Shown here piece by piece: positions 42,447-53,500 of a stretch of 64,000 bases of DNA. Source of the stretch: Candidatus Eiseniibacteriota bacterium (GTDB taxonomy: Bacteria > Eisenbacteria > RBG-16-71-46); contig OY970342.1 of the NCBI GenBank assembly GCA_963717505.1, positions 3,328,001 to 3,392,000 on the forward strand. Reading direction: 5' to 3'. Position numbers and translations under genes: made by a program. The first letter of the stretch is position 1. The number at the start of each line of letters is the position of its first letter. Below the pieces are notes generated by a model. That model worked only from the letters and a program-made list of their open reading frames with translations. It searched no databases and was not told the origin of the DNA.

Positions 42447-44105
42447 TCAGCGCGTGGCATTCGCGAGCCCGGCGTGCGCCCGATCCTCGAGACCCTTCTT
42501 CACTTCGGGCCTGCGGGGCGGCCGGCGCTCGATCGCCTTGAGCACGCCGCGCCACGCCTCGCGCGCGGCCGTGGAATCGCCCGCCGCGACACAGCCGTCG
42601 GCCAGGCTGTCGTAGGCGTTGGCCGACTCCGGGAACAGCTCGACATTCTTGCGGAAGAACGCGACCGCCATCTCGGCTTGGCCGTGCTTGAGAAGCGTGT
42701 AGCCGAGTCCGTTGAGCTGTTGCTCCGAGAAGTCGAGTGAATCCGGGTGTGAAGCCTTGAGCCGGTCGTACGTGGCGAACGCCTCGTCGACGTCTCCGCG
42801 CATCAGCGACGGCACCATCGCTTCGGCTACGCCGGGCTTGCTCGGAGGCGGGGGCTGGAGCGTCACGCCGTCCTTGACCCGGAGCGTGATGTGCCGTAGC
42901 GCTGCGAAATCGTCCAGAGGATTCGCCGCCAGCACGAGGAAGCTCGCCTCGGAGCCGGGATCGAGCGAACCGACGACCCGCTTCGGGAACACGACGCGCG
43001 GGGTCGCGACGCAGAGGAGCTGGAGCAGCTCGGCGCGGCCGAACGCGCCGATGCGGAGCAGATTGTCGGCCTCGTCGATGACGGACCGTGTGGGGTGATC
43101 CGTCCCCAGCGCCAGCTTCACCTTCACGGCCTCGAGCAGCGCGAGGTTTTTCCGGTGGACCTCATCCACGTCCAAGCCCGCGGGCGCAGGCTTGTGGCTC
43201 ACCGAGGTCGTGACCACGGTGATGCCGCGGCGCGCGGTTTCGCGGGCGTCGTCGGCCGTGATCGGCGCCAGCGGTAGGTGGGTGATCTCGTCCACGCCGG
43301 CGCCGACCGCGGCGCGATAGTCGGCAGCCGTGGTGACGTGCGCCGTAACCGCGAGCTTTGCGGCGTGCGCCCGCTTGACGATCTCCGGGACCAGGCGAGG
43401 GTCGAGACCGCGCCGGCCGAAGAAAGCGGGGTCGTCTTGGGAGTTGTTTTGGCGCTCGGCGTGGTGCTCGGACTCCTCGAGGTAGACCTTGATGAAGTCG
43501 GGCCGGCCCGCGAGCACGCGCGGCCATGCCGAGGCGAGCGCGGCGGCATCTGCGATCTCGACGTAGGCGTCGCCGGCGAAGCGTCGCGTCTTGGGCTCGA
43601 CCGGAGCCCCGTGATCTGCGCCCTCGTAGATCTGTGCCGGATGTCCGCCCGGGCCCGTCAGCCCGCCGTTGGCGAACACCACTTCGATCCTGCGGTCTTG
43701 CGCGAGCCGCCGCCGCACCGAAGCGACCTGCGAACCCGGGTTGTTCGGGTTCTTGGAGAAGAACACACCCGCAATGAGGAATCGGCGTGCGTCGTCCTCG
43801 ACCGCGCCCGAGTCGGAGAAGGCGTGGCTATGTGCGTCCCCGAATGCCGGCACCACGAAGCCGCCCTGCAGGTCCACGGTCTCGACCTCGGCCGGCGGCC
43901 GGCTGACGAACTTTCCTTCCGAGACGAGCACGCTGTCGCGGGCCACGAAGCCGCGCCCGTCGAACCAGTGCCCGTTCACGAACCGGAGACCGTGGGGACG
44001 ATCGCCGTGCGCGCGGGACTGGAGGGTCGCGCCGGCGAGCAGCGCACCGGCGATCAACAGAGTGAAGGGGAGGATCCGGGCTCGAACGAAGCGCGATTCA
44101 GGCAT
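42447..44105 (-). CDS. Secreted amidohydrolase family protein with C-terminal TPR
   Basis: DAHSH, IKVY, AHV, ITHL, GTD metal ligands; LNGLGYTLL..FPESANAYDSLAD TPR. Confidence 0.85.
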   Translation of the reverse strand: MPESRFVRARILPFTLLIAGALLAGATLQSRAHGDRPHGLRFVNGHWFDGRGFVARDSVLVSEGKFVSRPPAEVETVDLQGGFVVPAFGDAHSHAFSDSGAVEDDARRFLIAGVFFSKNPNNPGSQVASVRRRLAQDRRIEVVFANGGLTGPGGHPAQIYEGADHGAPVEPKTRRFAGDAYVEIADAAALASAWPRVLAGRPDFIKVYLEESEHHAERQNNSQDDPAFFGRRGLDPRLVPEIVKRAHAAKLAVTAHVTTAADYRAAVGAGVDEITHLPLAPITADDARETARRGITVVTTSVSHKPAPAGLDVDEVHRKNLALLEAVKVKLALGTDHPTRSVIDEADNLLRIGAFGRAELLQLLCVATPRVVFPKRVVGSLDPGSEASFLVLAANPLDDFAALRHITLRVKDGVTLQPPPPSKPGVAEAMVPSLMRGDVDEAFATYDRLKASHPDSLDFSEQQLNGLGYTLLKHGQAEMAVAFFRKNVELFPESANAYDSLADGCVAAGDSTAAREAWRGVLKAIERRPPRRPEVKKGLEDRAHAGLANATR

Positions 44106-44188
44106 TGGTCGTCATATCCCCATAGGAAGTCGCGAGGGAGCTTCGCTCCCGGACGAACGTGGGGAAAGGCTTCACCAACGCTGGGCGA

Positions 44189-45331
44189 CTAGTACGTCAC
44201 GTGCTCCATGGTCATCAACCACAGGTTGCCGCTCGGTGAGTAGCGACGCAGGGTCACCGGCCCGCCGGCTTCGGCCTCGAGGTACCGGTGAACGGTGGCC
44301 GAGTCTCTGTGGTCGATCTTGTGGGCCGCCGCATCGACCAGCAGCGTGGCGATCGCCCGCGTCGCGACCATGTTGACCGATTGGCTCCAGGTTCCGAAGT
44401 GGCCGCTCATGCCGTACTCGGCGATGAGCCGCTTGTTTTCGGCGCTGATCCACGCCATGTCGCCCTTCTTGTCGGGGGGGATCGCCATCCCCAGCGCCGC
44501 CGGGTATCCCGCGGTCGGCGCCGGCGTGCTCTGCTCGACAAAGTAGCCCTGCTTCGCCATCAAGATCGCTCGGATCAGCGGCTCCTGCATCCCGTCGTTG
44601 GTGCTGAAGAACGCAGTCTGCGGCCCGTACTGCTTTAACTGCCGCGGGACGTCCTCGAGGACGAACTGCTGGGTCCCCGGAAGGCCGCCTTCTCCGGTTG
44701 GATCGGGCGCCGACACGAAGTGGAACTGCATCCCGCGCCGGGCACACTCGAGCGCCATGATTTCACGGCGCCTCGAGAGCAGGACCATGGACATGTGACG
44801 CGGGAACGAATAGTGAACGAAGTGCTTGGCACCCATCTTCTGCGCGTTCTCGATCAGTGCGACGCCTCGCGTCAGCTCGTCGGGGAGGATCGCCAGGTCG
44901 CAGACCTTCATCGCCATGTCCGGATCCTCGTGCGGGTACATGAACCCGATGAGGATGTCCGGACGTTGCTCACGAATCTTTCGCGCGGCGGACACCGAGC
45001 CGTTGACCGCCTGCCCGGCGATCACGACCTTCACCTCCGGGTCGGCGGCGAGCCCGACCATCTGCGAGATCACGGTCTCGATCTCGGTGCTGAAGTTGTC
45101 GGGAAACGTCACGGTATTCACCCGCCCCGGGTAGCGGTCCGCGACCTGCTGGCCGGCGCGATAGTCTTCCTCTCCCTGGGAGACCGTGCTGGTCATGATG
45201 CCCAGCTTGAACGCACTCGGGTCCCCGGGCGGCGGAGGCGCCAGATCCGTGGAGGAGCGCTTCGTGCAGCCGGTCGAGACCACTATAAGGAGGAGGGCGA
45301 AGCACCAGGCAATACGCAATCGTCGCGGCAC
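44189..45331 (-). CDS. DUF3798 family lipoprotein (periplasmic-binding-protein-like)
   Basis: Lipobox STGC; GIMTSTVSQGEEDY, FPDNF, FVHYSFPRHMS, APDP, QQFVLEDVP, FFSTN. Confidence 0.8.
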   Translation of the reverse strand: MPRRLRIAWCFALLLIVVSTGCTKRSSTDLAPPPPGDPSAFKLGIMTSTVSQGEEDYRAGQQVADRYPGRVNTVTFPDNFSTEIETVISQMVGLAADPEVKVVIAGQAVNGSVSAARKIREQRPDILIGFMYPHEDPDMAMKVCDLAILPDELTRGVALIENAQKMGAKHFVHYSFPRHMSMVLLSRRREIMALECARRGMQFHFVSAPDPTGEGGLPGTQQFVLEDVPRQLKQYGPQTAFFSTNDGMQEPLIRAILMAKQGYFVEQSTPAPTAGYPAALGMAIPPDKKGDMAWISAENKRLIAEYGMSGHFGTWSQSVNMVATRAIATLLVDAAAHKIDHRDSATVHRYLEAEAGGPVTLRRYSPSGNLWLMTMEHVTY

Positions 45332-45415
45332 GGGACCTCCAATGGGAGTAACTTACTGGGCCGCACACTCTAGCATCGAGTGGGCTGGAGTGGTTGATCC
45401 CGGCGCGCAAGTGCC

Positions 45416-45444
45416 TTGACAGGCATATACCGCTATGGGAATAT
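45416..45444 (+). promoter_or_regulatory. Sigma70-type promoter with overlapping ArsR-type palindrome
   Basis: TTGACA-N17-GAATAT-N6-ATG; imperfect inverted repeat ATATACC/GGAATAT within it. Confidence 0.6.
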
Positions 45445-45450
45445 AAGCGC

Positions 45451-45813
45451 ATGGAATCTGCCTTCGCCATTCTTGCGGAGCCAAACCGCCGCGCCATCCT
45501 GAACCTCCTCGCCTCGTCGGAGAGGTCGGTCGGAGAGATCGAAGCACGGCTCGGAATGCCCCAGCCCTCGGTGTCGAAGCATCTCCGGGTGCTGCGTGAG
45601 GCAGGCTTCGTCGAGTCGCAGATCGATGCGCAGCGTCGCGTCTACCGGCTCCGGCCCGAACCCCTCAAGGAAGTGGATTCCTGGCTCGCCCCGTTCCGGC
45701 GACTCTGGTCGGCCCACGTCGATGCCCTCGAACGCCACCTGGATCGAATGGAGCGGCGGCCCGCACCGAAACGCAGGGAACGAGGAACACGCTCGAAAGG
45801 AAAGAAACGATGA
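45451..45813 (+). CDS. ArsR/SmtB family transcriptional regulator
   Basis: LAEPNRRAIL, QPSVSKHLRVLREAG. Confidence 0.92.
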   Translation: MESAFAILAEPNRRAILNLLASSERSVGEIEARLGMPQPSVSKHLRVLREAGFVESQIDAQRRVYRLRPEPLKEVDSWLAPFRRLWSAHVDALERHLDRMERRPAPKRRERGTRSKGKKR

Positions 45814-46358
45814 GCAAACGCGAGAGCTACGCGCCGGGCCCTGCCTCAGGCGCGGAAGTCCGGAAGGACGGGGAAGAGTGGGGGCTCGTTCTGGTCCGTG
45901 ACCTTCGTCACCCGCCGGCGCGGGTTTGGCAGGCGCTGACCGACCCGGCGCATCTCCGAGAATGGGCGCCGTTCGATGCTGATGGCAGCTTGGGGACGGT
46001 GGGAAGCACGGTGAAGCTCACCACGGTGGGAGCGCCCACGTCGATGGTTTCCGAAGCAAGAGTGACGCGAGCCGACGCTCCCAAGTTGCTCGTGTACAAC
46101 TGGGGTGATCACGAGATGCGCTGGGAGCTGGCGCCGCTCGGCGGCGGCACGCGACTGACGCTGTGGACCAGCATCAATCGCCGCTTCATCTCCATGGGTG
46201 CTGCCGGGTGGCACATTTGCTTCGACGTTCTGGATCAGCTTCTCGGCGGAACTCCCCTCGGACGCATGGTCGGCCCCGAACTCATGAAGTTCGACGGCTG
46301 GCAGCGATTGAACGCCGAGTACGCAAAGCAATTTGGCATTGAAGGGAGGTCCCTTTGA
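45810..46358 (+). CDS. SRPBCC/AHSA1 family protein
   Basis: LRHPPARVWQALTDP..WAPF, AAGWHIC. Confidence 0.85.
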   Translation: MSKRESYAPGPASGAEVRKDGEEWGLVLVRDLRHPPARVWQALTDPAHLREWAPFDADGSLGTVGSTVKLTTVGAPTSMVSEARVTRADAPKLLVYNWGDHEMRWELAPLGGGTRLTLWTSINRRFISMGAAGWHICFDVLDQLLGGTPLGRMVGPELMKFDGWQRLNAEYAKQFGIEGRSL

Positions 46359-46579
46359 ACTGGAACAGCTGGATCCGGCAGATCCACCGCTGGCTGTCCA
46401 TCGCCTTCACGTTGACCGTCATCGCCAACTTCATTGCCCTGGCACAGACGGGGGGTGCGATGCCTCCGCCCTGGGTGACCTACGCGCCGCTGCTCCCGCT
46501 CGCCTTGCTCTTGTTCACCGGTCTGTATCTGTTCGTGCTGCCGTATTCGGTCAAGTGGCGGAGTGGGAGGAAGACATGA
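46355..46579 (+). CDS. Small two-TM membrane protein (PepSY-TM-like)
   Basis: IRQIHRWLSIAFT, LLFTGLYLF; overlaps both neighbours by 4 nt. Confidence 0.75.
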   Translation: MNWNSWIRQIHRWLSIAFTLTVIANFIALAQTGGAMPPPWVTYAPLLPLALLLFTGLYLFVLPYSVKWRSGRKT

Positions 46580-47010
46580 AGACCTCGGTTGCGAGCAAAG
46601 GCCAGTCGGCATCGGAGCTCATCTCGAAGAGAATCGCCGATCTCGGGGACTGGCGCGGGAAGACCCTCAACAAGATGCGCAAGCTCATCAAGGCAGCAGA
46701 CCCGGACGTCGTCGAGGAGGTGAAGTGGATCAAACCCACCAATCCAGGCGTTCCGGTTTGGTCGCACGACGGCATCATCTGCACGGGCGAGACCTACAAG
46801 AGCGTGGTCAAGCTCACCTTCGCCAAAGGCGCGTCGCTCAAGGATCCGGCGCGTCTCTTCAATTCGAGTCTCGACGGCAACGTACGCCGGGCGATCGACC
46901 TCCGCGAAGGAGAAGGCGTTGACGAGCCCGCGTTCAAGGCGCTCGTTCTTCAAGCGGTCGCTCTCAACACTTCCAGCAAATCCAAAGCTTCGAAGAAAGC
47001 GAAGTCCTAG
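46576..47010 (+). CDS. DUF1801 domain protein
   Basis: DWRG, EEVKW..PVWSHDG, KLTFAKGA..LFNSSL. Confidence 0.88.
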   Translation: MKTSVASKGQSASELISKRIADLGDWRGKTLNKMRKLIKAADPDVVEEVKWIKPTNPGVPVWSHDGIICTGETYKSVVKLTFAKGASLKDPARLFNSSLDGNVRRAIDLREGEGVDEPAFKALVLQAVALNTSSKSKASKKAKS

Positions 47011-47061
47011 CAGGCAACCCGGAGGGACCTACTTTGTCACTCCGTGGCCCCACAAACACCA

Positions 47062-47089
47062 GGGGCGGCGTCCTTGCGGACACCGCCCC
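47062..47089 (-). terminator. Stem-loop terminator after csp (between convergent genes)
   Basis: GGGGCGGTGTCC-GCAA-GGACGCCGCCCC on the minus strand followed by TGGTGTTTG. Confidence 0.6.
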
Positions 47090-47116
47090 GACGGCGTGAG
47101 GTGGTACTCGGGCGTT

Positions 47117-47317
47117 CTAGGCCTTGCGAACGTTCGCCGCCTGCAGCCCCTTCGGGCCGCGCGTCACGTCGAACTCGAGCGCTTCACCCTCGGCGAGCGT
47201 CTTGAAACCCTCGCCCGAGATGGCCGAAAAGTGGACGAACACGTCTTCGCCCTCCGGCTGGGAAATGAAGCCAAAGCCCTTCGCCTCGTTGAACCACTTC
47301 ACAGTGCCACTAGCCAC
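47117..47317 (-). CDS. cspA: Cold-shock protein
   Basis: [34 protein letters not shown]; GTG start with SD AGGAG. Confidence 0.95.
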   Translation of the reverse strand: MASGTVKWFNEAKGFGFISQPEGEDVFVHFSAISGEGFKTLAEGEALEFDVTRGPKGLQAANVRKA

Positions 47318-47556
47318 TTGAAACTCCTGTACCGGGTCGTCGACCCGCATGTGCCGTGTATCACGCCACGGCCGCGTTCGGTCTCCGTGACCGATGGTCT
47401 TCGCTCGATCCTGGATGATGAGCCAACAAAAAACCGCCAGACGAGTCTCTGGCGGATCTGAACGCTGGCGGCACATCCACAGGCAACCGAAGACAAGGTG
47501 ACTATCGGACAAATCTCGCGAAAGCGACAGTCAATTCGAGGTGAACTTGAACGCGG

Positions 47557-50500
47557 TCACGATTCGCGGGAATTCCCCAGAGAGAACGTGCTCTCCGGCG
47601 CTGAAATCGGAGGGGTCTCGGGTGAAGGGTCGCCCAAAACCACCTGAACTCGATGCACGGCGCCATCGTCGACGAGCGGGATGGCCTGAGAATCCACCCG
47701 TGCGCCGTCCAGCTTCACCTCCGCAACGCCGCGGTTCCTGCGTCCTGGATTCACCACGGTGATCTCGTAGCGGCTCCGCCCATGACGCCACCTCACGACG
47801 AAGCGGTCCCATGAGCCGGGAATACACGGCGCAACGGCGAAGCAGAGGCCGCGGCGCTTGAGTCCGAGAATCGATTCGAGACCGAGGCGGTACATCCAGG
47901 CCGCCGAGCCGGTGTACCAGGTCCAGCCACCGCGGCCGATGTGGGCCGGGTGCGTGTAGACATCGGCTGCCACCACGTAGGGCTCGACCTTGTAGCGCTC
48001 GACGTCAGCGGGCGTACGGCTGTGGTTGATCGGATTCAGCATGTGGAACAACTCGACCGCCTCGTCGCCGTTGCCCAGATGAGCGATCGCCATCACCGCC
48101 CACAGCGCCGCATGGGTGTACTGGCCGCCGTTCTCGCGCACGCCCGGCACGTAGCCCTTGATGTATCCCGGATCGAGGTGTGTCTGGTCGAACGGGGGTG
48201 CGAGTAGCTGGATCACGCCCGCATCGCGGCGCACGAGCTGCATGCGAACGGCATCCATGGCCCGCTCGGCTCGCCCCCGTGGCGCGGCACCGGACAGTAC
48301 GGCCCAACTCTGCGAGATTGCGTCGATCCTGCATTCCTGGGCTTGGGCGGAGCCGAGCGGAGTCCCGTCGTCGAAGTAAGCCCGGCGATACCAGTCGCCG
48401 TCCCATGCTTGCTCGAGCATCGTCCCCATACGCTCGCGCTCGCCGCGCCAGCGCGCAGCACGCTCGAGGTCTCCGCGCGCCTCCACGATCAGGGCGAAGT
48501 CGTGCAGGATCTTCGACAGGAACCATCCCAGCCATACGCTCTCACCGCGGCCACGATGCCCCACCCGATTCAGCCCGTCATTCCAGTCGCCGGTACCGAT
48601 GGTCGGCAACCCGTGCGGGCCCATGGTCAGGCGGCGCTCGATGGCGCGCACGCAGTGTTCGTAGAGAGTCCCGCTCTGGTTCGCGGTCTCGGGTTGACCG
48701 TAGGCCTCCAGCTGATCGGGAGAGAGCGGCGGCGCTTCCAGGAAGGCCACGGGCACGTCGAGCACCGCGTGATCGCCGGTCCACTTCACGTAATGGGCCA
48801 CCGCGTACGGGAGCCACAAGAGGTCGTCGGAGCAGCGAGTGCGCACTCCACGGCCGGTGTGCTCGTGCCACCAGTGCTGCACGTCCCCTTCGATGAACTG
48901 GCGGCCGGCGCAGCGCAGCAGGTGCTCACGGTAGAGATCGGGCCGCGCGAGCCCAAGCGCCATGACATCCTGAAGCTGGTCACGGAAGCCGTACGCCCCG
49001 CCGGGCTGGAAGAATCCAGTGCGGCCCCAGAACCGCGAACTCAGGGCCTGGTAGAGCAGCCAACGGTTCATGATCAGGTCGAAGGAATCGTCCGGCGTTT
49101 CGACCTGCACGGTGCCGAGCAGCTGATCCCAGCGCTCCTCGACCTGTTCCAGCGCGGCGCGCGCGGCCTCGACGCTGGCGAAGCGACTCGCCAGCGCCAG
49201 CGCGTGCTCGCGGTCCTCGCCCTGGCCCAGCAGCAACACGACGTCGCGGGTCTCGCCCGGCTCGAGATCGACGCGAATCTGAAGCGCAGCGCACGGGTCG
49301 AGGCCGGCGCCGAAGCGCTGCGCCAGGGACTCACGCCCCAAGGCCGCGGGCCGGCGCAGCGAGCGGTTCCGCCCCAGGAACTCGAGCCGATCGCCGGTCG
49401 CCGATGTGGGCCGCACGTTCGAGTGCGCGAACGCCACGCGCCCCGCGAAGTCGGAGTTGTAGGGATTGCGGGCCAGGACGGCGCCGGTCTCGGGGTCCTG
49501 CTCGGTGATGACGAAGCGGTGCTCCCCCGAACGCGGCGGACAGAGCGCCCACTCGTTGTATGCGAATACGCTCAGGCGCCGCGTCTCCCGATCGTGATTG
49601 GTGAGCGACAGCCACGACAGCTTGACGGGTTCGTCGGCGTGCACGAACACCGCGAGCTGGCAGGTGATGCCTTGAGCGCTGTGGGCGTAGCGCGTGACGC
49701 CGGCGCCATGGCGCGTGACCCAGCGACCGTCGTCGCGCCGCCGCGGCAACGGGCCGGGCGTGGCGCCCCACATGCTCCCGCGGTCCTCGTCACGCAGATA
49801 CACGGCCTCGCCGCTGAACTCGCTCACGGTGTCGTTGCCGAACGGCGTGAGGCGGTTCTCGCGGCTGTTGCCGGCCCAGGTCCAGGCGGCGCCGGTGGCC
49901 CCGACCACGGTGCCGAAGCGCTCGTTCGCGATCACGTTCACCCACGGCAGAGGCGTGTCCTCATCGCCGTTCAACACGATCGCGTACTCGCGCCCGCCGG
50001 CCGCGAAGCCTCCGAGCCCGTTGGCGTGCGTCAGCGGTGGAGCTTCGACCTCGAGGGTGGGGCTACCGCCGTGTGCCCCCTCGGGCGCCGCTCGCGCCAC
50101 CAGCGAGGGCGGCCAACTCGGCTCCGGATAGGGCAGGCGGAGCTGGTCCGCCAGGTCGCCATGCCCGCCGTTGAGCACCGCACGTGCGGACGCCAACAGG
50201 AGTTCCCGCTGGCGCTCCGGCATGCCGTCGCTGCGCAACAGGAACACGCCCCCGGGACGGTTCCTCCAGGCCGCCCAGGTCCCTCGTTCCGATCAGGCTC
50301 TGGAGCTGCTCGTGCATCTGCTTCAGGTAGCTCATCGGGTATTCGTTGAGGACGATGACGTCGGCGCTGAGCCCCTTCAACCGCCAGTACTCCTGAGCGC
50401 GCAGCACCTGGCGCACCAGGGACACGTCGTCGTCCTCGACCACCCGCACGATCAGCGATCGGCAGATCGCCGGAGATGCCGTGCGCCCACAGGCCGGACT

Positions 50501-53500
50501 GGCCGAGCGTGTTGGCCGCGAGGAACGTGGGCGCGGCTCGCAGCGTGGCGTCGGTCCACAGGACGTGCGACGCGAGGCGTTCGTAGAGCTGCGCTTCGTC
50601 CGTCGAGATTCCGAGGTGGCGGAGCCGCATCTGGGTCTGGCTGGTGGCGAGCGCGAAGGCGCGAGCGGCCGCGGTGGAGTCGTCGTACTTCTCGGCCAGC
50701 GCGATCGCCGCAGCCCGGCTCGTCGCGACGCCGGTCGCAAACGCGAGACGCACGCGCCCGCCGGGGGCGATGCGCACGCGCCGGCGCAGGCTCAGGACCG
50801 GGTCCAGTACGGCGCCCGTCGTGCCCGACAGCGCCCTGCCGTCGAGCGCAACGGGATCCTCGGGCGTGCGTCCTCGGCCGATGAAACGCGCGCGGTCGGT
50901 CTCCCACTCCATGGCGCCATGGACACCGCCTTCGGCGCTCATCACGTGTATGGCCCAGGGGGTCAGTTCGTCGGGCGATCGTGGGCGGCGGCCGCACAGC
51001 AGCGCCGTGCATTCGGGGCGGTACTCGGTTTCGAGGAATAGCTTGAGGAACGCCGGATGAGCGAGATCCTCGGCATGCGGTGCGAGCACGATCTCGACCA
51101 GACTCGTCACCTCGATCTCGCGCAACTGATCGGTGTGGTTGATGAGCGAGACGCGCCGGACCTCGACATCGTCCTCGGGAGAGACCGTGATCTCGAAGCC
51201 GGGTCTCGATGCCGTCGTCCGTGCGCTCGAACAGGGCCTCGTCGGGAAGGAAGGTCACCCGGTAGCGCTCCGACTCGCGGCAGACCGGCTGGTGTGCCGC
51301 CGACCACAGTTGCCCGCTCCGCACATCGCGCAGATAGATGAACTGGCTGCCCGGATCGCACGTGGCGTCGTCCCGATGGCGCGTGACCGCCTGCCCTCGC
51401 CACGAGCTGGTACCACCGCCGGCGTTGGTGACGATCGCGGTGTATTGGCCGTTCGACAGGAAATGAGTGCTGGGGTAGAGCGTGTGCGGCGATCGGAACC
51501 GGCGCGGAGACGCCGCGACCGCCGGAGGTTCGACGTACGTGGTCGACTCGGCGGGACGCGGCCGGATGACCGGGACGAAGCGTGGGACGCGCTCCTGCAA
51601 CAGCGGCTCGGTGGCCCGCACGCGAGGATCGGCGTGGAAGCGCCGAACCATGGGAGCGCCCAGCACGGCGTTCGTCAGCGCGACCAGGCTCATGCCTTGA
51701 TGATGGGCGAAGAAGGCGGACACCTCGTGAACCCGACCCGGTTCGGGCACCGGCTCACCTTCGGACGTCGTGGACTTGCGCGGCGTGTAGTCCAGCGCCT
51801 CCATGAATCCAAACCGTCCTGCAGCCCCCTCGCGGGCGAGGCGGCGGAGGTTGGCGGCCGCGGCGGTGGGATCGACCAGCGCGGCCAGGGCCGTCGCATA
51901 GGGTGCGATCACGAGATCCTCGGCCAACCCGCGCTTGAGTCCCAGGCCGGGAACACCGAAAGCCTTGTACTGATAGGCGCCATGGAGGTCCACGACGTGG
52001 TAGGCGGACTCCGATATGCCCCAGGGCACGCGGTGGCGCTTCCCGTACAGGATCTGCGCGCGCACCGCCGTGCGGCAGGCGTTCTCGAGCAAGGTGTCGG
52101 GATGGCTGCGCAGGATCAGCAGGGGCATCAGGTACTCGAACATCGAGCCGCTCCACGACACCAGCGTGGTGAACCCCTCGACGCTCACCAGGGCCCGCGA
52201 CAGCCGGAACCAGTGCTCCTGCGGCACGTCGCCGCGGGCGATGGCGATGAAGCTCGCGAGCCGGGCCTCGGACGCCAGCAGATCGTAGTACGAGGCATCG
52301 AGGCGCCCGGGCCCTTCGGCGTCGGCCAGACGGAAGCCAATCGAGAACACGCCGCGTGCTCGATCGTAGAGGAACTTCCAATCCATCTCGTCGGCGAGAT
52401 CGTCGCAACGGCGGGCAAGGTCGTGAAGTCTCGCGCGCAATGCTTCGGGTTGGGACGGTCCGGGTAACGGGATCAGGGCCTCATCGAGTAATCGCCCCCA
52501 CACACTAACCCCCTCGGCCTCGGGACTCGCGGGCGCGGCCGTCGTGATCTGTTCGAGGGTATCGCGCAACTCGCCGGCGCGAGCTCCGGCGGTCTCCAGC
52601 CGCATGTGCCCCGGGCCGCGAGCGTCGAGCGTCGCGCGCAAAGCGTCCAGCTCCAGCAGCGCGTGCCTGCAGTTCAAGCGGATCGGCATCGCCGCGTGCG
52701 ACCAGCGCTCGAGTGCGGCCAGCGCCTCGGCCAGCACGCCCGCCGTATCGGAGGCGCCGTCGCATGCTCGCTCGCCGTCATCCTCGCTGTCTGCGACTTC
52801 ACGCAGCCCAACGGACAACGCCATCAGCGCGCCGGCCAGATTGCCGCTGTCCACCGTCGAGACGTAACGGGGCGCAAGCGGGGCGAGGTTCTCCGTGTCG
52901 TACCAGTTGAGCAGATGCCCATTGTGACGCTCCAGTGCCTCGACGGATGTGAGCGTGCTGTCGATCCGATCCGCCAACTGGGCGCGGCCCAGGTATCCCA
53001 GGTCGTGTGCGGCGAGGGTCGAGAGCAGCCCCATGCCGATGTTGGTCGGGGAGGTCCGGTGCGCGATGCGGAGCTCCGGCGTGAGCTGGACGTTGTCGGG
53101 CGGCAGCCAGTGGTCCTTGCCGCCGACGAAACTGTCGAAGTAATGCCAGGTCCGGCGTGCGATGCGGCGCAGCATTGACGCGTCTCCGCTGCTCAGGACC
53201 AGTCGCCGCGGGACGACGGGCCGGCTCAGCCACCAGGCCACGACCGGCGAGGCGAGCCAGGCGGCCAGGAACGGCAACGCCACCGGTAGCGCCGCGGCGC
53301 GCAGCGGTAACACTCCGAGAAGCACCACCAGAGCCGCCGCCGGACCCGCCCACATCTCGGCGACGAACACGCGCGGTCCCTGACGCGCGAGCAACCCGGC
53401 CGCACGCGCTGCCGAGGCCGCGGCGGTCTCCCACTCGAGCAGCCGGCGCTGGGTGATCACCATCCGAACCAGCGTCAGGACGATCGCGTGCACCATTTCG

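Noticed and set aside
50250-51200. Programmed ribosomal frameshifting in the glucan synthase gene
   Set aside because: Three separate shifts with no slippery heptamer; the same indel pattern in the STAND kinase points to sequence error
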